Of a stretch of DNA of 40,574 nt, positions 25,814-33,695 are shown in pieces. The translations under genes and the position numbers were made by a program. Numbering within the stretch: the first letter of the stretch is position 1; each line of letters begins with the position of its first letter. Source of the DNA: Candidatus Udaeobacter sp. Its GTDB lineage: Bacteria; Verrucomicrobiota; Verrucomicrobiia; Chthoniobacterales; UBA10450. The stretch covers positions 1 through 40,574 of the forward strand of contig DATBDI010000456.1 of NCBI GenBank assembly GCA_036270025.1, given 5' to 3'. The notes below the pieces were generated by a model that ran no database searches, was not told the origin of the DNA, and saw only the letters and a list, made by a program, of their open reading frames with translations.

Positions 25814-27165
25814 GCGATTGTCACCTTTTGGCTGGCGTCGAACGTCGGCGGCGTCACTGTTCTGTCTACCATGGGAAGATCGACTCCATCAACGCGGAGG
25901 CGAACGAGGTACTCGCCCAGTTCCGCCGCAGAAACCGGGAATAGGAACGTCAACTTATCAGAGCTGGTCGGTGGTTGAGCAGGAATCGCCGGTGGCGGAG
26001 GAGGTGCCTCTGGCGCAATCTGTCGGGCCGTTCCGAGCAAGAGAACCACCTGCTGATCAAAGCGCATGTGCGTGGGGTCGACCACGGCCAGTTTCACCTG
26101 AGGCTGGCAGGTCACCGCGAGCGTCACCTTGCCGCCAGCATCGCGTGGAATCGGATTGGCTGGCTCGATTTTCTGGATGCGTGGCGCCAGGGAGAGAGGA
26201 AGTTCGTTGGAGCTCCACGTTTGTGACGTTCCGTTTAGGGTTCGGTTAACAACGACCGCGACGGTGTAGAAGCCGGCTACCCAGGTGGTCTGAGCGGCAA
26301 CATCGTTAGGTAGAGTGACTTTGATGCCATCCTGGATCACCTGCACCGCGGCGGGCGGCAGCAAAATGGCGGGAGTATCGGCCCGCGAGTTGATTAACGT
26401 GAATCGCACCGCTGATAGGTTATTGAGGTTTTGCCCGGCAATCGTTAACTCGTCGCCCAGGAAGGCGCTGCTCTGCCGATTAGGCGGCAGCACCGACGTT
26501 ATAACAGGCAAGCTGTTCCCAGCTACCGCCGAAGGTCCGCTATCGTCCTTGCCGCGCGTCAACACCGGCAATGGCGCCTGCGAGGGTCGGGAGCTTTCGA
26601 TCAGGACAACTTCTACCCGATACGCCGACGAAATTCGGTATTGGGTCTGAAAGGCAGTCCAGAGTTTCGAGATTTCCTCGATCGACAATGGCTGGGGTGA
26701 GATGCGGACATGCTCCACCTGTTCGTACAGGTCATTTCCCCCAAGCGCAGCCCTGATGGCGGAGTGGTCGAGGACCGCGTTGTCATGAAAGATGCGCATG
26801 GCCTGCCCGAGGAGGATGTGCGCGGCAGTTTCATCATCGTTGTGGCCGTACGCACTGAGCAAATAATGGAGCGTCAACGCCACCGGCGGCTGCGCTATTT
26901 CCCCGGGGCGGGCCTTGCGCGGCATGTCCATGTTGCAAAACGCGGCGTTGGGAGCTGTCTGGTAGAGATAGATATTGACCTGATTAGCGGTCTCGGCGGA
27001 CGGGCGCGCCTTGTCGGGTGTTTTGGTCGTGACCGAGACGCTGCCCAAGCCTAATGAGCTCGGGATATCCGCTGGCAGGTTCGCCGTGAGTCCGCCGCTC
27101 GCGCTGTCCAGCATACTTCTGAGAGTGGAGGTGACTGCTGCTATTGCCAGTGAGTTGCTCATCAT
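25810..27165 (-). CDS. DUF4255-domain protein (Afp16/Pvc16-like tail terminator/cap)
   Basis: N-terminus MMSNSLAIAAVTSTLRSMLDSA...NIYLYQ...LTLHYLLSAYG is typical of DUF4255. 4-nt overlaps on both sides. Confidence 0.8.
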   Translation of the reverse strand: MMSNSLAIAAVTSTLRSMLDSASGGLTANLPADIPSSLGLGSVSVTTKTPDKARPSAETANQVNIYLYQTAPNAAFCNMDMPRKARPGEIAQPPVALTLHYLLSAYGHNDDETAAHILLGQAMRIFHDNAVLDHSAIRAALGGNDLYEQVEHVRISPQPLSIEEISKLWTAFQTQYRISSAYRVEVVLIESSRPSQAPLPVLTRGKDDSGPSAVAGNSLPVITSVLPPNRQSSAFLGDELTIAGQNLNNLSAVRFTLINSRADTPAILLPPAAVQVIQDGIKVTLPNDVAAQTTWVAGFYTVAVVVNRTLNGTSQTWSSNELPLSLAPRIQKIEPANPIPRDAGGKVTLAVTCQPQVKLAVVDPTHMRFDQQVVLLLGTARQIAPEAPPPPPAIPAQPPTSSDKLTFLFPVSAAELGEYLVRLRVDGVDLPMVDRTVTPPTFDASQKVTIA

Positions 27166-28232
27166 CGACCTCCTGCAGCGCGCTGGCGCAGATATTCGTC
27201 TAAGCTCATCCTTGGCACGGGGGCGGTCTGCGGCCGCGCCTGGACCTGCGGCGGCACAATGGCCCGCACCTCCACGCGGCCGATGGTCACATGAATGGAC
27301 TGTGCTTCGGTCGTAATTTGCTTGTTAGGACTTGGCAAGACACGTGGCAAGGCGATGATCGACGCGGGGACAATCGGCGCGGTCGGCGTAGCGAATGCTG
27401 GTTGTAACCGGCCTGTTCGGGCTTCATTCCCCGGAGCAGGTTCGTCGTGCATGTGAGGTTCGCGAACGATCGTCTTAGTAATTTCTTTCTCGATGACGGC
27501 GGGGGGCGCGTCCGAGCGTTTTCCCACCGGCTTCACCGGAGCGGACAAACTCGCGACGGGCGCGGCTGGCAGCGATTCAGGCTGCTCGGTACGGATGTGC
27601 TTAGCGTGCGTCGACGCTAGCGGGGCGGCGCCGATCTCGCGCATGGAATGCTCAGGGTCGCCCAGCGCGACCGACGGCGGCTCCGGTCGAGTCGCCCCGA
27701 CCAAATGCACGGGCGCGCTTTCGTCAAGTCTGTCATTGGCGTTACGCGGTTTTGAACCGGGGACTTCGTCGGCAGTAAGCGGTGCGACTCCCACGAGTTT
27801 TCGTGTCACCGCGCTTGGAAGCGTTTCGGCCGGGGTACTCGGCGACGGTTGGGCATGTGAAAGCTGTTTTACCGCAATCGGGTCGCCTGCGACACGGCCT
27901 TGCGTTTTTTCCGAAGGAGCGCCGTTATCATCAACGACCGGTCGCACTCGGGGTGGCTCGGTGCGGGTTACGGCGGGGCCCTGCGGTAAGAGCGGCTCAA
28001 TGGCCATTACACCCTGCTCTACCTTGCCACGCCAGAGCGACTGCAATTGCCCAAGCCGCTCCGCTGTTCGGTTTTCCACCTCGAGCTTGACTATTGGTAG
28101 CTCCGGCGTAGCGCTGCCACGAAAGATCGCTCCGCCGTTTACGGGCGGCTCGAAAATCGAGTGCACCATGGGACGCACCGCGTCAGTCGCGGAGAGGGAA
28201 CGCTTTACGAGATTGCCGAGGAAATCGCTCAT
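27162..28232 (-). CDS. Pro/Ala-rich hypothetical protein with short ordered termini; candidate tail-length determinant (Afp14 analogue) by position only
   Basis: N-terminus MSDFLGNLVKRSLSATDAVRPMVHSIFEP and C-terminus IHVTIGRVEVRAIVPP...MSLDEYLRQR flank about 280 aa of low-complexity P/A/S/T sequence. Confidence 0.55.
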   Translation of the reverse strand: MSDFLGNLVKRSLSATDAVRPMVHSIFEPPVNGGAIFRGSATPELPIVKLEVENRTAERLGQLQSLWRGKVEQGVMAIEPLLPQGPAVTRTEPPRVRPVVDDNGAPSEKTQGRVAGDPIAVKQLSHAQPSPSTPAETLPSAVTRKLVGVAPLTADEVPGSKPRNANDRLDESAPVHLVGATRPEPPSVALGDPEHSMREIGAAPLASTHAKHIRTEQPESLPAAPVASLSAPVKPVGKRSDAPPAVIEKEITKTIVREPHMHDEPAPGNEARTGRLQPAFATPTAPIVPASIIALPRVLPSPNKQITTEAQSIHVTIGRVEVRAIVPPQVQARPQTAPVPRMSLDEYLRQRAAGGR

Positions 28233-28963
28233 GGCTCGATCATCTCCAGGTACGCTTGACGTCGATACGGAGTGAGCGCGAGAACATCGGCCTCGCTCCA
28301 GCCGTACGCTGACGCAAGCGCATGCACTTCACGTAGGATGCGGCTGGCCCACGCGTGAATTTCCGTCCAAAAATACGAAACGATATCCAGTGGTGTCTGC
28401 CACGCGTGATGGCACTGCGGACAAGCCAACGCGACCTGCACATCGGCCTGCGGGTCGGCCTCGGCCATGCCTTGCGCGATTGCCGCCCCCACGTCAGCCG
28501 GCAATTCAGCGGTCGCAATCTCCTTGTCCGCGCACTGAGCCGTGAGCACACAGCGTTGCAGCAATTGTTGCCTGACCGTCTCGCCATCCATTGCGGGATC
28601 AAGAGTTGCCAGGTCGAGACTATTGGGCAGACGGAATTGCACTATGTAATCCGTGTGCGCAACCTCAAGAATTTGGTCCAGATCTTCCCAAGGTGGGGAA
28701 CGTATATCCGCTGCGTTGACCAAAAGCTCCAAGTGCGCTGCGCAAGCCGGACATGTCGCGATGCTCGCGAGCTGTGATCCAAAAGTTTGTTCCCGTAACG
28801 CCAGCAAAAGCATATCGCGCTGGCCGACGCTGAATTGCGCGAGTCGCTCGATCGGCGTCTCCGCGCAGCCCATGGCCAGGAGCGTGAGCGCGCGTTGCGC
28901 CAGCGACTGGCTGAGGCCGCGCTCCCACGCGGTCAAAAGGTCCGCCGCTGATAACGCGCGCAT
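28229..28963 (-). CDS. Conserved hypothetical eCIS protein with CPAC...CPQC pairs (possible zinc ribbon); assembly factor by position
   Basis: Track ORF directly after the tube gene. C-terminus AYGWSEADVLALTPYRRQAYLEMI. Confidence 0.6.
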   Translation of the reverse strand: MRALSAADLLTAWERGLSQSLAQRALTLLAMGCAETPIERLAQFSVGQRDMLLLALREQTFGSQLASIATCPACAAHLELLVNAADIRSPPWEDLDQILEVAHTDYIVQFRLPNSLDLATLDPAMDGETVRQQLLQRCVLTAQCADKEIATAELPADVGAAIAQGMAEADPQADVQVALACPQCHHAWQTPLDIVSYFWTEIHAWASRILREVHALASAYGWSEADVLALTPYRRQAYLEMIEP

Positions 28964-28972
28964 GGCGGATGG

Positions 28973-29503
28973 CTATGCTGGCTCGGTGAAGGTCGGCTCG
29001 GTCGGTTCGGGCACTTCGTAATCGCGCTCCCAGCCTTCGTTCTCCAGTTTGATGTGCTGGATAGCTACCGCGTTGGCATTGGCATCAAGGTCCGAAAGGG
29101 ACTGAAACTCTGAAACCCAGCAGCGATAAACCGTATATGCGATCACCTTCTGCCCCGCCTCGTTATAGACCTCTATGATGATGTCCTTGCGGAAGTCCTT
29201 GAGCGAGACCTCCTGGCCAAGTGCGTTGCCATAGTTCCAAACTTTGTTGGCCCACTGCTCAAAATCCTTGTCGTGGGTCACGCCCCGGTCGAGTGTGATT
29301 GCGTCGTATTCTGTGCGGCCTGGAGATTTGCGGCTACTGCTGGGGTCGCCGCCCTCGCGGTGCTTCACGACCTCGGTCGTGCGTTTGAGACCACTTACCT
29401 TGCTGATCCCTGCCACTGGGGTCGTGCTACCGACGAAGAAGACTCGAAACTTGAAGTTCTTATACGGATCGAAACGTGTGGTATTGACGGTGAATTGAGC
29501 CAT
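28973..29503 (-). CDS. Contractile tail tube protein (Afp1/Pvc1-like; T4 gp19 / TIGR02241-like)
   Basis: FDPYKNFKFRVFFVGSTTPVAGISKVSGLKRTTEVVKHREGGDPSSSRKSPGRTEYDAITLDRGVTHDKDFEQWANKV. Confidence 0.92.
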   Translation of the reverse strand: MAQFTVNTTRFDPYKNFKFRVFFVGSTTPVAGISKVSGLKRTTEVVKHREGGDPSSSRKSPGRTEYDAITLDRGVTHDKDFEQWANKVWNYGNALGQEVSLKDFRKDIIIEVYNEAGQKVIAYTVYRCWVSEFQSLSDLDANANAVAIQHIKLENEGWERDYEVPEPTEPTFTEPA

Positions 29504-29518
29504 GGAATTTTCCTCGGT

Positions 29519-31207
29519 TTAGGTTTCAATTTGTCCGGCCATTTGCTGGAGCTTGATAATGACGAACTCGGCCGGCTTCAGCGGCGCAAAGCCAACGATG
29601 ATATTGACGATCCCGAGATTAATGTCGTTCTGGGTCGTGCTTTCTTTGTCGCATTTGACGAAGTAGGCATCCTTGGGCGTCTGGCCTTGAAACGCACCCT
29701 GGCGGAAGAGGGTGTGCATAAACGCACCCACGTTGAGGCGAATCTGTGCCCAAAGAGGTTCGTCGTTGGGTTCGAACACAACCCACTGCGTGCCGCGATA
29801 GAGGCTTTCTTCGATGAACAGTGCCGTGCGGCGGACCGGGACGTATTTCCACTCGGAGGCGAGGCGATCGTCGCCTTGGAGGGTACGCGCGCCCCAAACG
29901 ATACGGCCAGCCGGAACCATGGTGCGCAAACAATTAACGCCGAGCGGATTCAGCTCACCGTTTTCGGGATCAGTCAAATCCACGCTCAGAGCGGGGACGT
30001 TGTTCAAGACGGCGTCCAACCCGGCGGGTGCTTTCCACACTCCGCGTTGCGTATCAGTGCGAGCAAAAATACCGGCGACTGCACCACAGGGAGCGAAGTA
30101 TTCAAACTGATTGTCCCGCAAAATATTGCGCTGCCTGAGACGTGGAAAATAGAGGGCTCCATTCTTGCTGGTTGTTCCCACACCCGCTGTGATTCCGGCC
30201 TTCGCGTCATCCTTTGTGGTCCAATCAGCAGGCGAATCAACGAGCAACATGGCTCGGCGTTTCTCGCAATAAGCTGCGGCCGCCGAAGTGAGATCCTGAT
30301 CGATATTCCCGGTCGCGAGATAAGGAGGGATGCAGAGAATGTTGAAGAGGTCGGCTTGCTCAAAAGCGTAGAGACCCTTCTTGTCTTGTTCGGCATTATT
30401 CGGTGCGAAGTCGTCTGCCAGAGTCAGTGCATCTCCGTCCGAAGCAGCGACCGCATCTTGTTTAGTTTTCAGGGTCGCTTTAGCTGCAGTTACAGCTTGG
30501 GTAAGGGTGTCGATCTCGTTTTGGGGCTTGCCGGCCGCAATCGCGTCGTCGAGTGCCTTTTGTTTAATCGCCACGTCCGCTTCGGCCGAGGTGATGTCAT
30601 CCTTAGCTTCGGAAATGGCAGGCGGGTTTGCAGGATCCAGCGTGCCATCCCAACGAACGAGCGTCGATTGGGCCTGCAGGACTTTGTCGATTCTTCGGGG
30701 ACTTTCTTTGACGGAAACATTACGGAAAACCTCGCTGCGTCCGCCCGGCTTTCCTTCAGAGACGGTCAGGTTAAAGAGATCAGCTTTTGCGAGTCCCATG
30801 CTCAGCGCCACTGCCTCGGAAACATCTGTGTCGACCGCGCCGCGCAAGTACTCTCCCCAGGAACCTTCATATGCAGCTTCAAGCTTGACTCCACCAAATG
30901 CTAGCTTGGCCTTGCCGGGCTTGGCGTTGTTTCCCGCCTCAGCGTGATACAGCCGCACGATAACTGCCTGGCTGCCGCCGTTCAGGTAAAAGTCGCGAAC
31001 GGCGTATCCCAGCGTGCTTTCAACCCACAGCCCGCCGAAGATTCGCTCAAAATCTCCGTAGCTGTTGATCGTCGTGGCTTTGTTCACTGGGCCACGCATC
31101 GCGCGTCCAACAAAAGCGGTGATAGAGGTCGCGACGCCGGTGATGGTGCGCACGCCACTGGGGATTTCTTCAATATAGACACCGGGATAGGTCAACGTGG
31201 CAGGCAT
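29519..31207 (-). CDS. Contractile tail sheath protein (Afp2/3-like)
   Basis: MPATLTYPGVYIEEIPSGVRTITGVATSITAFVGRA...GVNCLR..GRIVWGARTL. AAAGGA RBS. Confidence 0.95.
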   Translation of the reverse strand: MPATLTYPGVYIEEIPSGVRTITGVATSITAFVGRAMRGPVNKATTINSYGDFERIFGGLWVESTLGYAVRDFYLNGGSQAVIVRLYHAEAGNNAKPGKAKLAFGGVKLEAAYEGSWGEYLRGAVDTDVSEAVALSMGLAKADLFNLTVSEGKPGGRSEVFRNVSVKESPRRIDKVLQAQSTLVRWDGTLDPANPPAISEAKDDITSAEADVAIKQKALDDAIAAGKPQNEIDTLTQAVTAAKATLKTKQDAVAASDGDALTLADDFAPNNAEQDKKGLYAFEQADLFNILCIPPYLATGNIDQDLTSAAAAYCEKRRAMLLVDSPADWTTKDDAKAGITAGVGTTSKNGALYFPRLRQRNILRDNQFEYFAPCGAVAGIFARTDTQRGVWKAPAGLDAVLNNVPALSVDLTDPENGELNPLGVNCLRTMVPAGRIVWGARTLQGDDRLASEWKYVPVRRTALFIEESLYRGTQWVVFEPNDEPLWAQIRLNVGAFMHTLFRQGAFQGQTPKDAYFVKCDKESTTQNDINLGIVNIIVGFAPLKPAEFVIIKLQQMAGQIET

Positions 31208-31226
31208 GATGGTCCTTTCTTATGAG

Positions 31227-31508
31227 TTAGATGGTCTTACGGGGTTGGGGCGGTTGCTGAAGCGTCGCGAGATATTGCGGGGAGACGTGGTAAAATACTT
31301 TGCCGTCCGCAGATCGCTTTTGTTCGAGAAAACCTTGTTCGACGAGTTGCGAGACGGTCTTCGCAATTTTCGGCGTCCAGTTGCGAATGCAGGCGTCGAG
31401 TACCCACCACTGAAGGATGTCTTCGATCGTGCCCTGCGCACCCGGCCGCTTGGCCAGATAATCGAGAATTTCTGGCGCTGGAGATGGAAGCGAAGGGTCG
31501 ATAAGCAC
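31227..31508 (-). CDS. Hypothetical 93-aa protein, first ORF downstream of the sigma-54 promoter (GTG start)
   Basis: Track ORF, co-oriented, ends 19 nt before the sheath ATG. No family recognised. The RBS is not convincing. Confidence 0.45.
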   Translation of the reverse strand: MLIDPSLPSPAPEILDYLAKRPGAQGTIEDILQWWVLDACIRNWTPKIAKTVSQLVEQGFLEQKRSADGKVFYHVSPQYLATLQQPPQPRKTI

Positions 31509-31537
31509 GCATTAGGGACGTCAGTCGTCCTTTCCTA

Positions 31538-31551
31538 GCAATCGACGTACC
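31538..31551 (-). promoter_or_regulatory. Sigma-54 (-24/-12) promoter for the eCIS operon
   Basis: The minus strand reads AGGTACGTCGATTGCT against consensus TGGCACG-N4-TTGCW, with correct GG..GC spacing. It lies about 30 nt upstream of the first operon ORF, next to a sigma-54 activator gene. Confidence 0.65.
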
Positions 31552-31702
31552 TAAAAATTTCGGCTTCCGTGTACGAACCCGAATTAATGTGCCTCCGGCG
31601 GCTCGCGCGAGTTTCAATTTCTCCTCTGAAAATGGACCGGTCCGAAAGGGTCCCCGTCCGGGCCCGACCGTGAATCGGCATTGAATTCGAGAATCCCAGA
31701 GA

Positions 31703-31716
31703 GGACAATTTTGTCC
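31703..31716. promoter_or_regulatory. Inverted repeat GGACAA-TT-TTGTCC, candidate enhancer (UAS) site
   Basis: Perfect 6-bp arms. Shares the core GACAA-N2-TTGTC with 31774..31785. Lies about 160 bp upstream of the -24 element. Confidence 0.45.
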
Positions 31717-31773
31717 TACCATCTTCGCAAATATTTTCGGCCGAGGTACGCTTACTCTTCGGGCAGCAGCAAT

Positions 31774-31785
31774 GACAAATTTGTC
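31774..31785. promoter_or_regulatory. Perfect palindrome GACAAATTTGTC, candidate enhancer (UAS) site
   Basis: Same core as 31703..31716, with centres 70 bp apart. Lies between the activator gene stop and the sigma-54 promoter. Confidence 0.45.
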
Positions 31786-31867
31786 CACGCACCAGCGTTC
31801 GTTTGCCCGACGAAAGGCGTGGTAGCTGGAAGACGTAGCCGATGCTCTTACTCTGTGGGCGCGAGCC

Positions 31868-33304
31868 TCAATCGCGGCGGGCGCGGGTGAGCAGGCCGTG
31901 CTTACGCAAGAGTTGCCAAAACGCCCGGCGATTTTTCTTCGCCGCGGATGCAGCGCGAGTGATGTTTCCATCGTGCGCACGCAAAACCGTCGCAAGAAAG
32001 TCATGCTCAAATCGCTGAACCGCACGGGACTTCATCGCTTGGAACGACTGCTCTTCCGCAGCAAAGCTGTCGGGAAGGTCAAGATCCGAGGGCTCTATCG
32101 AGTCGTGATCCGAAAAAACGATGGCGCGCGTGAGCACGTTCTGGAGTTCGCGTACATTACCCGGCCACGAATGACTCAGCAGGCGATTAAGAGCAGCGAG
32201 CGAGAGATTTTTTGGTTGCGTCTCGGCGAGCGCGGCCTGCTTCTCCAGGAAGTCGTGGGTGAGCAAGAGGATATCGCCGCGACGTTCGCGCAACGGTGGA
32301 AGCATGAGTGTGAGTACGCTTAGTCGGTAGAACAAATCCTCACGGAATTTTCCCAAGGATAGAATCTGGTTGAAATCGGCGTTCGCTGCCGCAACCACCC
32401 GAATGTTTGCGTGAACGATCTGCTGCGAGCCCACGGAACGGTATTCTCCGTCCTGTAAGAAACGGAGCAGCTTCACTTGCGCTTGGGATGTAAAGCAGTC
32501 GATCTCATCCAAAAACAAAGTACCGCCCTCGGCCTCGCGTATCAGCCCGGCTCGGTCAGATATCGCACCAGTAAATGCTCCCCGTTTATGACCAAAGATC
32601 TCGCTCTCCACGAGGTTTTCTGGAAGCGCACCGCAATTAACCGGGACGAATGGCCGGTCTGCTCGCGGACTTAGATAATGAATCGCGCGCGCGAAGAGTT
32701 CCTTGCCGGTACCGGATTCGCCGGAGATCAGTACCGTCGCGTCACACTGTGCGAATCGCGGTACGCACCGGACTTTCTCGAGAAACGCAGGGCTCTCGCC
32801 AATGATCTGTTTGAGCCCAATATCCTCCTTGAGCTTTTGCACAAGCGCATCGCCGCGGCACGCAACTAGCGCCTGGCGCTTAAGTCGTGGTAACAATTCG
32901 GAACGTCGCAACGGGGGCAGCAGGAAATCTGAGGCGCCCATCTCGAGCACTGGGAAAACATCGAACGAATCCGGATGCGTCGTAGTCACGAGCACCGGGC
33001 GGTGCGGGAAAGTCCCCTGAAGCGACGCAAAAAAAAGTTCCAGTTTCGTTGCTTCAAAAGAATCGAGAGTGGCCACGACGACGTCGGGATTGCCAAAGCC
33101 GGCCGCATGCGGCTTGAGGCTGGATTCGGCGCAATATTCGAGCCGCGCGAACGTGAAGCCCTCCGCTTCCACAAGCAATCTCTCGAGCGAGTCGGCCAGA
33201 ACAGTCGTCTCGGGTTGGGAGACGATCGCCACTCGAATCGCTGGACTAGCCATTCGACCCGCTAGATTCTCTTTCGTCAGATTTGAGAGTTGCGGGGACT
33301 CCAT
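31868..33304 (-). CDS. Sigma-54-dependent transcriptional activator (NtrC-family bEBP) with a degenerate receiver-like N-terminal domain
   Basis: GESGTGKELFARAIH (Walker A), GAFTGA loop (HKRGAFTGA), GTLFLDEID, FREDLFYRL and a C-terminal Fis-type HTH (GNITRAASAAKKNRRAFWQLLRKHGL). ATG 33253 is an alternative start. Confidence 0.9.
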   Translation of the reverse strand: MESPQLSNLTKENLAGRMASPAIRVAIVSQPETTVLADSLERLLVEAEGFTFARLEYCAESSLKPHAAGFGNPDVVVATLDSFEATKLELFFASLQGTFPHRPVLVTTTHPDSFDVFPVLEMGASDFLLPPLRRSELLPRLKRQALVACRGDALVQKLKEDIGLKQIIGESPAFLEKVRCVPRFAQCDATVLISGESGTGKELFARAIHYLSPRADRPFVPVNCGALPENLVESEIFGHKRGAFTGAISDRAGLIREAEGGTLFLDEIDCFTSQAQVKLLRFLQDGEYRSVGSQQIVHANIRVVAAANADFNQILSLGKFREDLFYRLSVLTLMLPPLRERRGDILLLTHDFLEKQAALAETQPKNLSLAALNRLLSHSWPGNVRELQNVLTRAIVFSDHDSIEPSDLDLPDSFAAEEQSFQAMKSRAVQRFEHDFLATVLRAHDGNITRAASAAKKNRRAFWQLLRKHGLLTRARRD

Positions 33305-33695
33305 ACGCGTCGATATCGGAAGAATTGTTGACTACAATCCAGTTCCCCGAAGAGCCGAGAACAGACACTGCTGCAAGACGCTTTACAGTAAGCGACTCAC
33401 ATCGGCTGGCTCTCAGTTCCAGTTGGACCTGGAGATCGCGTTAAGCGGCGGTTCCAGCGAAGGTCCAGCGCCCTCGGGCTTTTCAGCTCGGCCGAAGATG
33501 CGTTGAAACGTCGGGTGACGTAATCAGGAAAATCCCTAAAAAAATCGTTGCACCTTGTCAAGATTTAATATTTTGCCCGGCCTCGGGTGCTCGGCGCCGC
33601 CATCCTGGGCTTTTTGCCGGCGCGGATCGCGATCGGCGAAATTTACGCCGGGCAGCGATTCCCGCAATCCTCACACACGTGGCGATTCTGACGCT

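Noticed and set aside
29273-30904. 543-aa plus-strand ORF
   Set aside because: It is entirely antisense to the sheath gene, whose translation has unmistakable sheath motifs. The composition is Arg/Gly/Cys-rich and no motifs are present. This is a typical shadow ORF in GC-rich DNA.
1-31551. Interpretation as a prophage or R-type tailocin
   Set aside because: There are no capsid, portal, terminase, integrase, holin or endolysin genes in 31 kb. The DUF4255 protein, the dedicated AAA+ ATPase and multiple toxin-like cargo genes fit an eCIS. The sequence left of base 1 is unseen, so this is not absolute.
1-31551. Interpretation as a type VI secretion system
   Set aside because: There is a single long sheath gene rather than TssB/TssC. 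There is no TssJLM membrane complex, no TssA/E/F/G/K set and no ClpV. The spike is a short gpV-like protein.
31727-31743. Second sigma-54-like element (minus strand CGGCCGAAAATATTTGC)
   Set aside because: The GG-to-GC spacing is 2 nt too long relative to TGGCACG-N4-TTGC, and it lies about 200 nt from the first ORF. The site at 31538..31551 fits much better.
31237-32025. 262-aa minus-strand ORF spanning the regulator-operon gap
   Set aside because: It would overlap the 3' end of the bEBP gene, run through the predicted enhancer and sigma-54 promoter, and overlap the 93-aa ORF out of frame. The sequence is Arg/Ser-rich and low-complexity.
33533-33561. TTGACA hexamer (minus strand) as a promoter for the bEBP gene
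   Set aside because: No acceptable -10 lies at 16-18 nt spacing (TAGGGA/AGGGAT), and it would leave a leader of about 250 nt. It is not supportable by eye.
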